A stretch of 64,000 nt of DNA from Gemmatimonadaceae bacterium (GCA_035646395.1 DASRPK010000118.1:5920-69919), one strand, 5' to 3'; counted from the first letter of the stretch, positions 1-9,161 are shown. Numbers and translations are program-made. Notes: a model not told the origin generated them from the letters alone.

Positions 1-671
1 CATTTGTCTGGCCGACTGGTGACGGCGTACACGAACAGATTCACACCCATCCGAAGCGCGGCCTCGTGAAGCGGTGGTGGATCACTGTACGTACCCGGAT
101 CCTCCCAGCCGTTACCAAGGTCGCTCTCATAGCTGTAAAACACTGCCAACCGATTCCCGATGAAGATCCCGAATCCGCGAGCTGGCTTGCCATCGTGCTC
201 GTGCACCTTCGGAAGGCCGGACGGAAAGTCGTAAACGATATGATAGATCGGATGCGTGAGAGGCACATCCACTAAGGGACGATCCGGAAAGACTCGCGCT
301 ATTTCCCGGCGAAAGCTCTCGTTCAGCCCGTAGTTGTCGTCCACATGCAGGAACCCGCCACGATTCAGGTACTCCCGGAGACGCGTGATCTCGAGATCGG
401 AGAACTTGATCTCGCCGTGACCGGTGACATGAAGAAACGGATGGTCCCACAACCGATCGTCCTTGAGACTGACGCGAGCTTCGGTCGGTTCGACCTTCAG
501 GCTCGTTCGCTCGTTGATGGCCTTTAGCAGGTTCGGAATGCTCGACGGATTCGCGTACCAGTCCCCCCCGCCGTCGTACTGTAGACGCGCGATCGTCAGG
601 TTCGCGGCAGGCGCGGGGCCGAACGAGGTAAGGACAAACGCCAGAAGCGATGCAAAGGGACGAATCGGCAT
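1..671 (-). CDS. DUF4159-family secreted protein (3' end runs off the window start)
   Basis: Absent from the ORF track because it has no stop inside the window. Manual minus-strand translation from ATG 671-669 gives MPIRPFASLLAFVLTSFGPAPAANLTIARLQYDGGGDWYANPSSIPNLLKAINERT...GFLHVDDNYG...YESDLGNGWED. That is a signal peptide plus the ARLQYxGGGDWYANP signature I associate with DUF4159. ATGA overlap with the rsmI stop. Confidence 0.6.
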   Translation of the reverse strand, partial: MPIRPFASLLAFVLTSFGPAPAANLTIARLQYDGGGDWYANPSSIPNLLKAINERTSLKVEPTEARVSLKDDRLWDHPFLHVTGHGEIKFSDLEITRLREYLNRGGFLHVDDNYGLNESFRREIARVFPDRPLVDVPLTHPIYHIVYDFPSGLPKVHEHDGKPARGFGIFIGNRLAVFYSYESDLGNGWEDPGTYSDPPPLHEAALRMGVNLFVYAVTSRPDK

Positions 672-1585
672 CAGACTTTCACCGCGATTCGATAGACAAC
701 ATTACGGGCAACTCCGGTTTCCGCGGCAACCTCGGCCGCGGCATCCCGCGCCGACCTTCCTGCCTCACGTAATGCTTTCACTCGATCTTGCAACTCTTCC
801 TGGTTGAAGGCTTTAGGCGAAGCGCCTGAAAGTAGTATCACAACCTCACCGCGGGGCGCATCATTCTCGTAGTACGCAGCGAGTTCCTCAACCGTTCCGC
901 TCCTGAACTCCTCGAAGAGTTTGGTGATCTCCCGGGCGACAACGCACAGCCGATCCGGCGCACCGGCTCTCGACAACTCGGCGAGTGTAGCGGCTACACG
1001 ATTTGGAGCTTCGTACAACACAACGGTGTGGGTCAGGCTGCTGATCAAATCAATTGCCTCGCGACGTTCGCGCCCGGCTCTTGGCAGGAATCCGAAAAAC
1101 GTGAACCGCGTTGTATCCAGACCCGCCGCGGACAGAGCTGCCGTAAGCGCTGAGGCTCCCGGAATTGGGGAGACCCGGAATCCAGCGGTCCGCACCGCCT
1201 GCACAAGTCGGCTTCCCGGATCCGAAATCAGTGGCGTACCGGCATCGGTTATTACCGCCACGTTTTTCTTCTTTCTCAGCTCGTCGAGGACGAGCGGCAC
1301 GGTGGCCGCTTCGTTATGGGCATGTGCTGCCTTGAGCCGGGACTTGATACCGAAGTGGTCGAGCAGTACCCGGCTTTTTCGCGTGTCTTCGGCGAGGATC
1401 AGGTCCACCGAGCGCAGGATTTCGATGCCTCGCTGCGTCATGTCCCCCAGGTTGCCGATGGGAGTAGCGACGATGAACAACGTCCCACCGTCATTCGGGG
1501 TCAGAGTCGGTGTCAGAGTCGGTGTCGGAGTCGGGGTCAGGTTCCGACTCTGACCCCGTCTCTGACCCCGATCATCCTTGACCAT
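671..1585 (-). CDS. rsmI: 16S rRNA (cytidine1402-2'-O)-methyltransferase RsmI
   Basis: ORF track 304 aa with GTLFIVATPIGNLGDMTQRGIEILRSVDLILAEDTR and ITDAGTPLISDPG motifs typical of RsmI. The first ~35 aa (TPTPTLTPTLTP) translate a repeat hairpin (1498-1570). The true start is probably nearer TTG at 1480. Confidence 0.85.
   Translation of the reverse strand: MVKDDRGQRRGQSRNLTPTPTPTLTPTLTPNDGGTLFIVATPIGNLGDMTQRGIEILRSVDLILAEDTRKSRVLLDHFGIKSRLKAAHAHNEAATVPLVLDELRKKKNVAVITDAGTPLISDPGSRLVQAVRTAGFRVSPIPGASALTAALSAAGLDTTRFTFFGFLPRAGRERREAIDLISSLTHTVVLYEAPNRVAATLAELSRAGAPDRLCVVAREITKLFEEFRSGTVEELAAYYENDAPRGEVVILLSGASPKAFNQEELQDRVKALREAGRSARDAAAEVAAETGVARNVVYRIAVKV
1498..1570. repeat. tandem GTCAGAGTCGGT-type repeat with hairpin (CGGGGTCAG / CTGACCCCG), 3' of trxA
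   Basis: Read directly: gggtcagagtcggtgtcagagtcggtgtcggagtcggggtcagg ttc cgactctgaccccgtctctgaccccg. Confidence 0.7.
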
Positions 1586-1621
1586 GTTTGATTGCTGCTC
1601 GCCGAACGCTGCTGGCCGCCG

Positions 1622-1948
1622 TTAAGCGGCGTGCTTCTTGAACTTCTCTTCGAGCACCGGGCGCGGGACGGCACCGATCACCTGGTCGACGACCTTCCCG
1701 TCCTTGAAGAAGATGACCATCGGGATCGAGCGCACGTTGAATCGCGTGGCCGTCCGGATGTTCGCATCCACGTCGAGCTTTGCGACCTTCGCCTTTCCGG
1801 CGTATTCCGTCGCGAGCTGATCGAGGATCGGTGCGATGATGCGGCAAGGGCCACACCACGCTGCCCAGAAATCCACGACAGCCAGTCCGGAATGCTTCTC
1901 GATCTCGCCTTCGAAGTTCTCGTCCGTTACTGCGCTTGCCAACGACAT
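1622..1948 (-). CDS. trxA: thioredoxin
   Basis: WCGPC active site (VVDFWAAWCGPCRIIAPILD). The internal ATG at 1948 is preceded by GGAGGAAAAAGC (minus strand). The ORF-track start at 2068 adds 40 non-conserved residues. Confidence 0.9.
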   Translation of the reverse strand: MSLASAVTDENFEGEIEKHSGLAVVDFWAAWCGPCRIIAPILDQLATEYAGKAKVAKLDVDANIRTATRFNVRSIPMVIFFKDGKVVDQVIGAVPRPVLEEKFKKHAA

Positions 1949-2031
1949 GCTTTTTCCTCCGCTCGGCGGGCCTACGCGCGCCGGCTTGTTGAGACTAGTT
2001 TCCGCGCGCACCAACCCGGAGCGCGTGTCTG

Positions 2032-2442
2032 ATGTCGGATACCCCTCGCCGTGGAACCCGGATCGCACACGTTGGGCTCGCGGTCAGGTCTGCTGCCGAC
2101 CTGCATTCATTCTATCGCAATGTCCTCGGAATGTCCGAGGCCGACCTCGTTGATAGCGACGGTGCCAGGATCAGCGGTTTCCGTGCGGGTGAATCCCTGG
2201 TTGAGCTCCTTGAATCGGACAAAGCCGACTCACCGATCGGAAAGTTCCTCGACAAGCGAGGACCGGGGATCCACCACATCTGTTTTGCCGTCGACGATCT
2301 CGACGGCACCCTCGCCAACTGTCGTAAAGCCGGAATGCGTCTCATCGACGAGACTCCGCGTGTCGGCGCCGAGGGCAAGCGAATTGCCTTCCTTCACCCC
2401 TCTTCGACTGGCGGAATCCTGATTGAGCTTTCCGAATACTGA
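2032..2442 (+). CDS. methylmalonyl-CoA epimerase / VOC (glyoxalase) family protein
   Basis: 136 aa. IAHVGLAVRS...GPGIHHICFAVDDL...IAFLHPSSTGGILIELSE is the typical methylmalonyl-CoA epimerase pattern. Confidence 0.7.
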   Translation: MSDTPRRGTRIAHVGLAVRSAADLHSFYRNVLGMSEADLVDSDGARISGFRAGESLVELLESDKADSPIGKFLDKRGPGIHHICFAVDDLDGTLANCRKAGMRLIDETPRVGAEGKRIAFLHPSSTGGILIELSEY

Positions 2443-2461
2443 ACGCCCGGAAGGCGCTGAC

Positions 2462-2956
2462 TCAGCGATTCGGCCGGCAGAAATCCGCCTGGACCGAATC
2501 GTAGGCCGCATCTTCGACGTACCAGCGGTTCGATGGGCCTCGCACCACCTTGAACTCGAGCGTCTTCGTCCGTGTGCCTCGGGTCAGCTGAATACGGACA
2601 AGATGTTCGGTCATCGAACTGCCGATGCGGTCATCCAGGATCTGCGCCCGATCATGCATGTAGCATGGTTGCAGGATGATGAGGCGGCGGTCCAGGACAT
2701 CACGTTCCATGTTGTCCCGCGCAGCACCCTGCGCGCTTCCCCACACCGCACCCATCGCCTGGAGATCCTGCGCCTGCGCGGCATTCACGAACATCGTCGC
2801 GGCAGCACTCGCGGACGGAGCACCGGTCAGGGAGGTTCCCATTCCCGGGTTTCTCGCGCACGCAGCGATTACGACTATCAGCAGGGCCCACTTCCTCACA
2901 GAGGTCTCCAGACCAGTTTGAAAGCGAACGTAATGGCGTCTCACCCGGGGAATCAA
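2462..2956 (-). CDS. hypothetical lipoprotein
   Basis: The ORF has a lipobox-like WALLIVVIAAC. The start is uncertain (GTG at 2899 is plausible). No family recognised. Confidence 0.45.
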   Translation of the reverse strand: MIPRVRRHYVRFQTGLETSVRKWALLIVVIAACARNPGMGTSLTGAPSASAAATMFVNAAQAQDLQAMGAVWGSAQGAARDNMERDVLDRRLIILQPCYMHDRAQILDDRIGSSMTEHLVRIQLTRGTRTKTLEFKVVRGPSNRWYVEDAAYDSVQADFCRPNR

Positions 2957-2992
2957 CTAGCGGAGTCCGCCAGCAGGACACCTGACTGAGCC

Positions 2993-3733
2993 ATGGCTGC
3001 CAAGTATCAGCGGTTATTCATCAACATCGATCACGTGGCCACGATTCGTCAGGCACGACGCGCTGACGAACCAGATCCTGTGGCGGCAGCTCTCGTTTGC
3101 GAAGGCGCCGGTGCGGACGGCATAACGGCGCACCTTCGTGAGGATCGGCGGCACATTCAGGATGCCGACATGGAGCGGCTCGCGGCCTCCATCACGACCG
3201 CGCTCAACTTCGAGATGGCGCTGAGCGATCCGATCGTCGATCTCGCCGAACGGCTCCGGCCTCGTGAGGCGACGATCGTCCCCGAGCGACGCGAAGAAGT
3301 CACGACTGAAGGCGGATTGGATGTCTCACATGATCCCGAGAGGCTTGCCCGGGCGATCGAACGCTTCCGGTCCGCTGGCGTTCGCGTCAGTCTCTTCATC
3401 GATCCCGACGCCGACACCGTGAGGCGATCTCGTGATCTGGGCGTCGACGCCATCGAGCTGCACACCGGTCGTTATGCACACCATCCCGGGGATCCTGCCC
3501 CGCTCGAGGCTCTCGTGCGCGCCGCAGAACTGGCGGCGACGCTGGGCCTCGCCGTTCACGCCGGCCACGGCCTGACACTCGCCAACGTCGGCGGGGTGTC
3601 GCGAATTCCGGAAGTCGAGGAGCTGAACATCGGCCATTCGATCGTGTCACGTTCCGTTTTTACCGGGATCGGGGCCGCCGTCCGGGAAATGCGCGTCGCC
3701 ATGGATCGGGCCCGCGGCGCTGGACCGGAGTAA
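2993..3733 (+). CDS. pdxJ: pyridoxine 5'-phosphate synthase
   Basis: LFINIDHVATIRQARR...DGITAHLREDRRHIQD...ELHTGRYA...HAGHGL motifs of PdxJ. Confidence 0.9.
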   Translation: MAAKYQRLFINIDHVATIRQARRADEPDPVAAALVCEGAGADGITAHLREDRRHIQDADMERLAASITTALNFEMALSDPIVDLAERLRPREATIVPERREEVTTEGGLDVSHDPERLARAIERFRSAGVRVSLFIDPDADTVRRSRDLGVDAIELHTGRYAHHPGDPAPLEALVRAAELAATLGLAVHAGHGLTLANVGGVSRIPEVEELNIGHSIVSRSVFTGIGAAVREMRVAMDRARGAGPE

Positions 3734-3760
3734 GAGCGAAGTCGTAACTTCACGCTCCTT

Positions 3761-5317
3761 GTGGTCCCCCACGAGCATCGAACCTCGAGCCTCGCGCCTG
3801 CAGCCAGAATGACGTCTCCCGAGTTGCTGCGATTCTTTCACGCCGAAGCCGAGGAATACCTCGATACCCTCGAGGACCTCGCCTCCCGCTCGGGATCGTT
3901 CGAGGCCGGCGCATTCGTGGGGGCCGCTCGAGCACTCCGTGGAAGCGCGACCATGGCGCGCGTTCCGCGCATCGCGGAGATCGCGCTCGTGATGGAACGC
4001 CTGGCGAACGGTGTGCGTGACGGCGAAGTCAATTGGACTTCGGACCTGCGCTACGCCTTGCTCGACACCATCACGGACCTGCGGGAGTTCGTGGGCCGGA
4101 TCGCCGACTGGTCGAGCAACGATGACCGGAAAGCGCTCGACCGTCTCGGGGCGTTGCGCGGCCGTCTTCCCGCCGGGCAGCAGACGCCGCGGACGCCGCA
4201 GGCTGCCGGCACGACGCCAATCTTCATCGCGTTGCAAGCGGCGGCGATCGCCGGTGACCTCGAGACGTACGTCGACGATCCATCGAGTCACGGCCTGGTC
4301 AACGACGTGGTCAACCGGCTGCGCAGCCTGCGGGGGATCGCTGGTGTTGCGGATTACCCGCCGCTGGGTGAAGCCGCAGACGCCGTCGAGCGCACGCTCC
4401 GCGAGCTGGCGCCCGATTCGGTGCTGCGGGACACCGACACCGAGCTGCTCCGCGCCGCCGCGGCGCTGTTCCGCCGCGCCTCCTCCGAGCTGCGCAATCG
4501 CGGCCGCTTCGATGCCACGGCGCCCGAAGTCGACCGTTTCGCCCGCGCCGCCGCCGCGGTGTCGGCGCCCGCCATGAGTGACGCGCCGGTCGTCCGCATC
4601 GAGGAGCTGTTCTTCACGGACGCCGGGCCACATCTCGTTAGGCGTGGCACGACGCCGGTGCGCAGCGCCGAAGCCCGGTTCCGGGAAGAGGTGGTCACGC
4701 GGGCCGAACATCTGCGCCGGCTGGTGGCGGAAGCGCGCGACGCGTCCGACGCGTTTTCGCGTGAACGGGTGCGTCGCGACCTCAGGGCCCACCTCGCCCA
4801 GCTGGACGAATTTGCTCGCAGCTTTGGCGCGCAGCAGGTGGCGTCGGTGGTCGGCGAAGCGGCGGCGGACCCGGCGTTCTCGGAGAGCGTCCTCGACGCC
4901 ATCGACAATGTCGCGCGGATCCTCACGACTCCCGGAATCAACCTGGCCGAGATGGAAAGCCGGTTGGCGATTGGCGAGCGGCGGCGTTGGACGCCGCAGA
5001 GTTCACCGGCAGCGCCCCCGGCTCCATCGGGACATCCGGAGCGTATCCCTGCGCCGTCGCCACGCTCAGGCCGCGCCTTGCGCCAGATGATCGACGCCAG
5101 CCTGACGCAATTGTCGTCTCTGGAAGAAGTGCCGCTCATCGAACCGGTACGCACCGACGACGACGCGATCGTACCGGTTGAGGCTCTGTTATATCGCGGA
5201 CAGGCAGCCCTGCAACGCGCGCGCGAGCTGCGCGATGAGTTGCGGCATCGCGGCACCACCGACCCCGATGCACTCCATGAGTTGTACGACCTGCTGGATC
5301 TCGCCCGCGTCGATTAA
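3761..5317 (+). CDS. hypothetical protein with HPt-like helical repeats lacking the conserved His
   Basis: 518-aa ORF. The N-terminus FFHAEAEEYLDTLEDLA...ARALRGSATMARVPRIAEIALVMERL resembles the CheA/HPt pattern (FxxEAxExLxxLE...HxLKGSA) but has Ala or Arg where the His sits. A second similar segment is RLRSLRGIAGVADYPPLGEAADAVERTL. An alternative ATG start lies at 3809. Confidence 0.5.
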   Translation: MVPHEHRTSSLAPAARMTSPELLRFFHAEAEEYLDTLEDLASRSGSFEAGAFVGAARALRGSATMARVPRIAEIALVMERLANGVRDGEVNWTSDLRYALLDTITDLREFVGRIADWSSNDDRKALDRLGALRGRLPAGQQTPRTPQAAGTTPIFIALQAAAIAGDLETYVDDPSSHGLVNDVVNRLRSLRGIAGVADYPPLGEAADAVERTLRELAPDSVLRDTDTELLRAAAALFRRASSELRNRGRFDATAPEVDRFARAAAAVSAPAMSDAPVVRIEELFFTDAGPHLVRRGTTPVRSAEARFREEVVTRAEHLRRLVAEARDASDAFSRERVRRDLRAHLAQLDEFARSFGAQQVASVVGEAAADPAFSESVLDAIDNVARILTTPGINLAEMESRLAIGERRRWTPQSSPAAPPAPSGHPERIPAPSPRSGRALRQMIDASLTQLSSLEEVPLIEPVRTDDDAIVPVEALLYRGQAALQRARELRDELRHRGTTDPDALHELYDLLDLARVD

Positions 5318-5321
5318 CTGA

Positions 5322-6341
5322 ATGAAAATCGGCTGGCGCGGACTTCTCGGGGTGGTCATCAGCGTCGCCCTGTTGTGGTGGACATTGCGGGGCGAGTCGT
5401 TCAGCGAGATCTGGACCGTCCTGCGCGACTCCAACGCCGCGTTGTTCATCCTCGCGGCAGCGGTGGCGACATTGATGTTTCCGCTGCGGGCCTGGCGCTG
5501 GCGCTACATCCTCGAGCCGACGGCGGGCAAGATCCCGTTTGGACCGTTGTGGCGTGCGACCGCGATCGGGTTCATGGTCAACAACGTCTCTCCTGCTCGA
5601 GCCGGCGAGCTCGCGCGGGCATACGTCCTTTCGCGCGAGACCGGTCGCGTTTCGTTCACTGCTTCGCTGGCATCGCTGGTTGTCGATCGCGTTTTCGACG
5701 CGCTGGTGGTCGTGCTTCTCCTCCTCGTCGTGGTTTCGCTCCCGGGCTTTCCCGCAGACGCCATGGTGGGGGGGTGGCCGATCAGCCGCCTGCTGCTCGC
5801 GGGAGCGCTCGTTGCGATGACGGCGCTCATTGCGCTGGTGCTCGCCGCATTGTTCCCGGAAACCCCGGCGCGACTCTGGGAGCGAGCGTTAGGCACCAGG
5901 GCGCCCCGCCTGATGGCCCGTGGGCGGGACATCCTGCTGTCGTTTGGTGCGGGCCTGAAGGTGCTCCGTGATGTCCGCCAATCGGCAATCGTTTTCCTGT
6001 GGGCACTACTGAGCTGGCTGGTGAACGCCGTCTCATTCTGGATCGCCTTCAAGGCCGTGGGCATCGACGCCCCGTTTACGGCAGCGCTGTTCCTTCAGAG
6101 CCTGTTGGCGGCGGCGGTGGCCGCGCCCTCCGCGCCCGGATTCTTCGGAGTGTTCGAAGCGTCAGCCAAGGTCGCGCTCAGCGTCTACGGGATCGATAAC
6201 ACGCTTGCCGTGAGTTACGCCCTCGGATACCACCTGCTCGGCTGGATCCCCATTACCGTGATCGGCTTCTGGTATCTCGGCAGGATGGGACTGCATTTGA
6301 AGGACATGAAGAACTCGCGGGACGCGACCGCGCCTCGATGA
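5322..6341 (+). CDS. UPF0104 / lysylphosphatidylglycerol-synthase-TM-region-like (flippase-like) membrane protein
   Basis: 339 aa and multi-pass. The N-terminus MKIGWRGLLGVVISVALLWWTLRG...LRAWRWRYIL is typical of this family. Confidence 0.6.
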   Translation: MKIGWRGLLGVVISVALLWWTLRGESFSEIWTVLRDSNAALFILAAAVATLMFPLRAWRWRYILEPTAGKIPFGPLWRATAIGFMVNNVSPARAGELARAYVLSRETGRVSFTASLASLVVDRVFDALVVVLLLLVVVSLPGFPADAMVGGWPISRLLLAGALVAMTALIALVLAALFPETPARLWERALGTRAPRLMARGRDILLSFGAGLKVLRDVRQSAIVFLWALLSWLVNAVSFWIAFKAVGIDAPFTAALFLQSLLAAAVAAPSAPGFFGVFEASAKVALSVYGIDNTLAVSYALGYHLLGWIPITVIGFWYLGRMGLHLKDMKNSRDATAPR

Positions 6342-7255
6342 ACGCGCAAGAAGCCCGGGTGGAAGCGCAGGCAAAAATCAACCTCCTCCTGCGTATCCTC
6401 GAACGCGAGGATTCGGGCTACCACCAGATCGAGACGCTGTTCTGTCGGATTGGCCTGGCGGATACCGTGACGGTGCGCGTCACGCCTCGGGACCACAGCC
6501 TGCTCTGTCACGGCGAGCGAGTCCCCGCAGCGGGACTGGGGCCGCCCGAAAAGAACCTGGCGTGGCGGGCGGCGGCGGCCTACGCAGAGGCCACAGGATT
6601 TCCCACCGGATTCCAGATCACGATCGAAAAGCGGATTCCGGTCGGGGCCGGCCTCGGCGGCGGCAGTGCCGACGCCGGAGCGGTCTTGCGGGCGCTGAAC
6701 GCACTCAATGCGCGTCCGGTGCCACCGGCGACCCTGCAACAGATCGCCTCCTCGTTAGGCGCGGACGTTCCGTTCCTCACGCTGGACGATGCGACGCTGG
6801 CCCTGGCCTGGGGACGCGGGGACCGGCTGGCGGCACTGCCCGGACTCCCGGCCAGCGCGGTCTGGTTGCTGGTGCCCGATGCGACAGTCAACACTGCCGA
6901 GGCGTACCGTTGGTTCGATGAGGCGGGACGCCCGTCGGGAGAATCGGTGATTCCGCGAGCCCGATTCGGCAGCTGGGAAGGGGTCGCGTCGGTAGCCGCA
7001 AATGATTTCGAGCCCGTGGTCGGCGAGAGGATCCCCAGGATAGGCCGCCTGCTGGCGACGCTTCGGAGCGATGAGTTGATGGAGTTGCTGGGTCCATCGG
7101 GCTCGATCCTCATGTCCGGGTCCGGCTCGACCATCGCGGTTGTCAGTGGCCAGCCGCGCGCCCCTCACATGAGCGCCATCCCCCCTCTAGCCGGAGTCAC
7201 CGTGATCGAGACGGAGACCGCTACTTTTGTTGAGCCGGTCGTTCTGACCCATTAG
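6338..7255 (+). CDS. ispE: 4-diphosphocytidyl-2-C-methyl-D-erythritol kinase
   Basis: AKINLLLRILEREDSGYHQIETLF and the GHMP-kinase motif KRIPVGAGLGGGSADAGAVL. ATGA overlap with the upstream gene. Confidence 0.9.
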   Translation: MNAQEARVEAQAKINLLLRILEREDSGYHQIETLFCRIGLADTVTVRVTPRDHSLLCHGERVPAAGLGPPEKNLAWRAAAAYAEATGFPTGFQITIEKRIPVGAGLGGGSADAGAVLRALNALNARPVPPATLQQIASSLGADVPFLTLDDATLALAWGRGDRLAALPGLPASAVWLLVPDATVNTAEAYRWFDEAGRPSGESVIPRARFGSWEGVASVAANDFEPVVGERIPRIGRLLATLRSDELMELLGPSGSILMSGSGSTIAVVSGQPRAPHMSAIPPLAGVTVIETETATFVEPVVLTH

Positions 7256-7272
7256 GTTGCCGCTCCCACTTC

Positions 7273-7343
7273 TGCCCCCTCGTCCAATGGCAGGACATCG
7301 GACTTTGGATCCGAGAATGGTGGTTCGAATCCACCGGGGGCAA
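7273..7343 (+). tRNA. tRNA-Gln (anticodon UUG)
   Basis: Hand-folded cloverleaf. Acceptor stem TGCCCCC/GGGGGCA, D stem GTCC/GGAC, anticodon stem TCGGA/TCCGA with loop CTTTGGA, T arm GGTGG-TTCGAAT-CCACC, discriminator A. CCA is not encoded. Confidence 0.9.
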
Positions 7344-7397
7344 TTCCGTCCGGATTGACCTAACCTCCCGTCACATCTACGTTTCAAGGCTACGGTA

Positions 7398-8351
7398 ATG
7401 GACCTTTTGCCGGGTGTGCTCCGGGGATTCAAGCTGCTTTCCGGAAACGCCAACAGAGGACTCGCCGAGGAAATCGCCCGACATCTCGGAGTTGAGCTGT
7501 GCAGGATGACGCTCACTCGCTTTGCCGACGGTGAAATCTTCGTGCGGATCGATGAGAATGTCCGCGGTGCGGACGTTTTTATTGTCCAGCCGACCAATCC
7601 GCCGGCGGAAAACATCATGGAGCTGCTGCTCCTGATCGATGCCGCCAAGCGGGCGTCGGCGGCGCGGGTGACCTGCGTCATGCCGTATTACGGCTACTCG
7701 CGGCAGGACCGGAAGGACCAGCCGCGGGTGTCGATCGGGGCGAAGCTGGTGGCAAATCTGATCCAGACCGCGGGCGCTGACCGGGTGCTGGGACTCGATT
7801 TCCACCAGCATCAATTGCAGGGGTTCTTCGACGTCCCCGTCGATCACCTCTATGCCTCCCCGGTGCTGGTATCGCACTTTCGGAAGAAGCAGTTCACCGA
7901 TCTGGTGGTCGTTGCACCGGATGTCGGGTCGGCCAAGATGGCTCGCGGCTTTGCGCGGAAGCTCGACGCGGCGCTCGCGATCATCGACAAGCGACGCACG
8001 GGGCCTAACGTGGCCGAAGTGCTGAACGTGGTTGGTGAAGTCGAAGGACGGGATTGTCTCATCCCCGATGACATGATCGATACAGCCGGCACCGTCTCGG
8101 AGACGGCGCGGGCCCTGAAAAAACTGGGAGCGCGGGACATCTACATCTGCGCAACGCATGGACTGCTGTCTGGTCCGGCGGTCCAGCGGTTGAAGGACGC
8201 CCCGATTTCCGAGGTGGTAATCACCGACTCGGTGGTCGTGACGGAAGAGAAGCGGTTCGACAGGTTACGGGTGTTGTCCGTGGGTGAGCTGCTCGCGAAG
8301 GCGATTCGCTTTACGCACAGCGAGCAGAGCGTGTCGAGTCTGTTTGATTAG
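7398..8351 (+). CDS. prs: ribose-phosphate pyrophosphokinase
   Basis: 317 aa. KLLSGNANRGLAEEIARHLG...RFADGEIFV...YYGYSRQDRK...DDMIDTAGT motifs. Confidence 0.95.
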   Translation: MDLLPGVLRGFKLLSGNANRGLAEEIARHLGVELCRMTLTRFADGEIFVRIDENVRGADVFIVQPTNPPAENIMELLLLIDAAKRASAARVTCVMPYYGYSRQDRKDQPRVSIGAKLVANLIQTAGADRVLGLDFHQHQLQGFFDVPVDHLYASPVLVSHFRKKQFTDLVVVAPDVGSAKMARGFARKLDAALAIIDKRRTGPNVAEVLNVVGEVEGRDCLIPDDMIDTAGTVSETARALKKLGARDIYICATHGLLSGPAVQRLKDAPISEVVITDSVVVTEEKRFDRLRVLSVGELLAKAIRFTHSEQSVSSLFD

Positions 8352-8465
8352 CTGCGTGCTGATTGCTGATTGCTGCGTTATGCAGCGTGCTGGTGCTGGT
8401 GTTCGTGCTGATTGCTGTTCGCTGGTCGCGTGCTGCTCGCTACTCGCTGGTCGCTATTCGCGGTC
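8352..8465. repeat. one-armed GCTGATT/GCTGGTG-type tandem tract directly after the prs stop
   Basis: ctgcgtgctgattgctgattgctgcgttatgcagcgtgctggtgctggtgttcgtgctgattgctg... The first 17 nt after the TAG stop are identical to those at 33300-33316 (20 nt counting the stop). Confidence 0.75.
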
Positions 8466-8498
8466 TTAGTCTCCCTCTCCGATCTCACATCTCGTCTC

Positions 8499-9161
8499 AT
8501 GGCTACTGCCCAACTAACCGCGATCGCGCGCAACACGAGTGGCAAGGGCGCCGCGCGCTCGCTTCGCCGCGAGGGTCGCCTGCCGGCGGTCATTTATGGA
8601 CACGCCCGCGAGCCACTCTCGTTGTCCATTCCCGAACGTGACCTCCAGCGCCTCCTCGAGCGCTTTGCCGCCGAGAATACGGTGATCGAGCTCTCCATCG
8701 ACGGCTCGATGTCGCGCACGCTCATTCGCGAGATCCAGCGCCATCCCGTGCGTCGCAACGTGCTGCACGTCGACTTCCAGGAACTGGTGGCCGGCGAGCG
8801 CATGGTCGTTCGCATCCCGATTGTGCTCCAGGGCATCCCGGAGGGCGTCCGGACGTCGGGCGGTATCCTCAGCCAGATCCTGCAGGAACTGGAGTGCCGG
8901 GTCGATCCGCTCAACATGCCGGGCAAGATCGATGTCGACGTCACCCACATCACGATCGGCCACTCGGTTCACGTGAGCGAGATTACGGCGCCCGAGGGTG
9001 TCGAAATCCTCGATGAACCTGAAGCGACGATCTGCGTCGTCGCCGCGCCGAAGGAAGAAGTGGAGGTGCCAGTTGCGGGCGTCACGCCGGAAGCACCGGC
9101 CGAGCCGGAGCTGATCCGGAAGCCGAAGGAAGGTGAGGAGGGCGAGCCCGAGGAGACTTGA
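8499..9161 (+). CDS. rplY: 50S ribosomal protein L25 / general stress protein Ctc
   Basis: Internal ATG gives MATAQLTAIARNTSGKGAARSLRREGRLPAVIYGH, the typical L25/Ctc N-terminus, with an acidic C-terminal tail. The first 29 aa of the ORF-track version translate the repeat tract. Confidence 0.9.
   Translation: MATAQLTAIARNTSGKGAARSLRREGRLPAVIYGHAREPLSLSIPERDLQRLLERFAAENTVIELSIDGSMSRTLIREIQRHPVRRNVLHVDFQELVAGERMVVRIPIVLQGIPEGVRTSGGILSQILQELECRVDPLNMPGKIDVDVTHITIGHSVHVSEITAPEGVEILDEPEATICVVAAPKEEVEVPVAGVTPEAPAEPELIRKPKEGEEGEPEET

Noticed and set aside
1480-1585. N-terminal Thr-Pro repeat extension of RsmI (MVKDDRGQRRGQSRNLTPTPTPTLTPTLTPNDGG).
   Set aside because: The TP repeat is the translation of the GTCAGAGTCGGT hairpin that follows trxA. 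Conserved RsmI sequence starts at GTLFIVATPIGN, so the extension is probably not translated. The ATG at 1585 still cannot be excluded.
8363-8641. ORFs 8284-8469, 8363-8641 and the N-terminal 29 aa of 8412-9161, with Leu/Val/Cys-rich membrane-like peptides.
   Set aside because: They are translations of the GCTGATT/GCTGGTG repeat tract. The conserved L25/Ctc sequence begins at the ATG at 8499.
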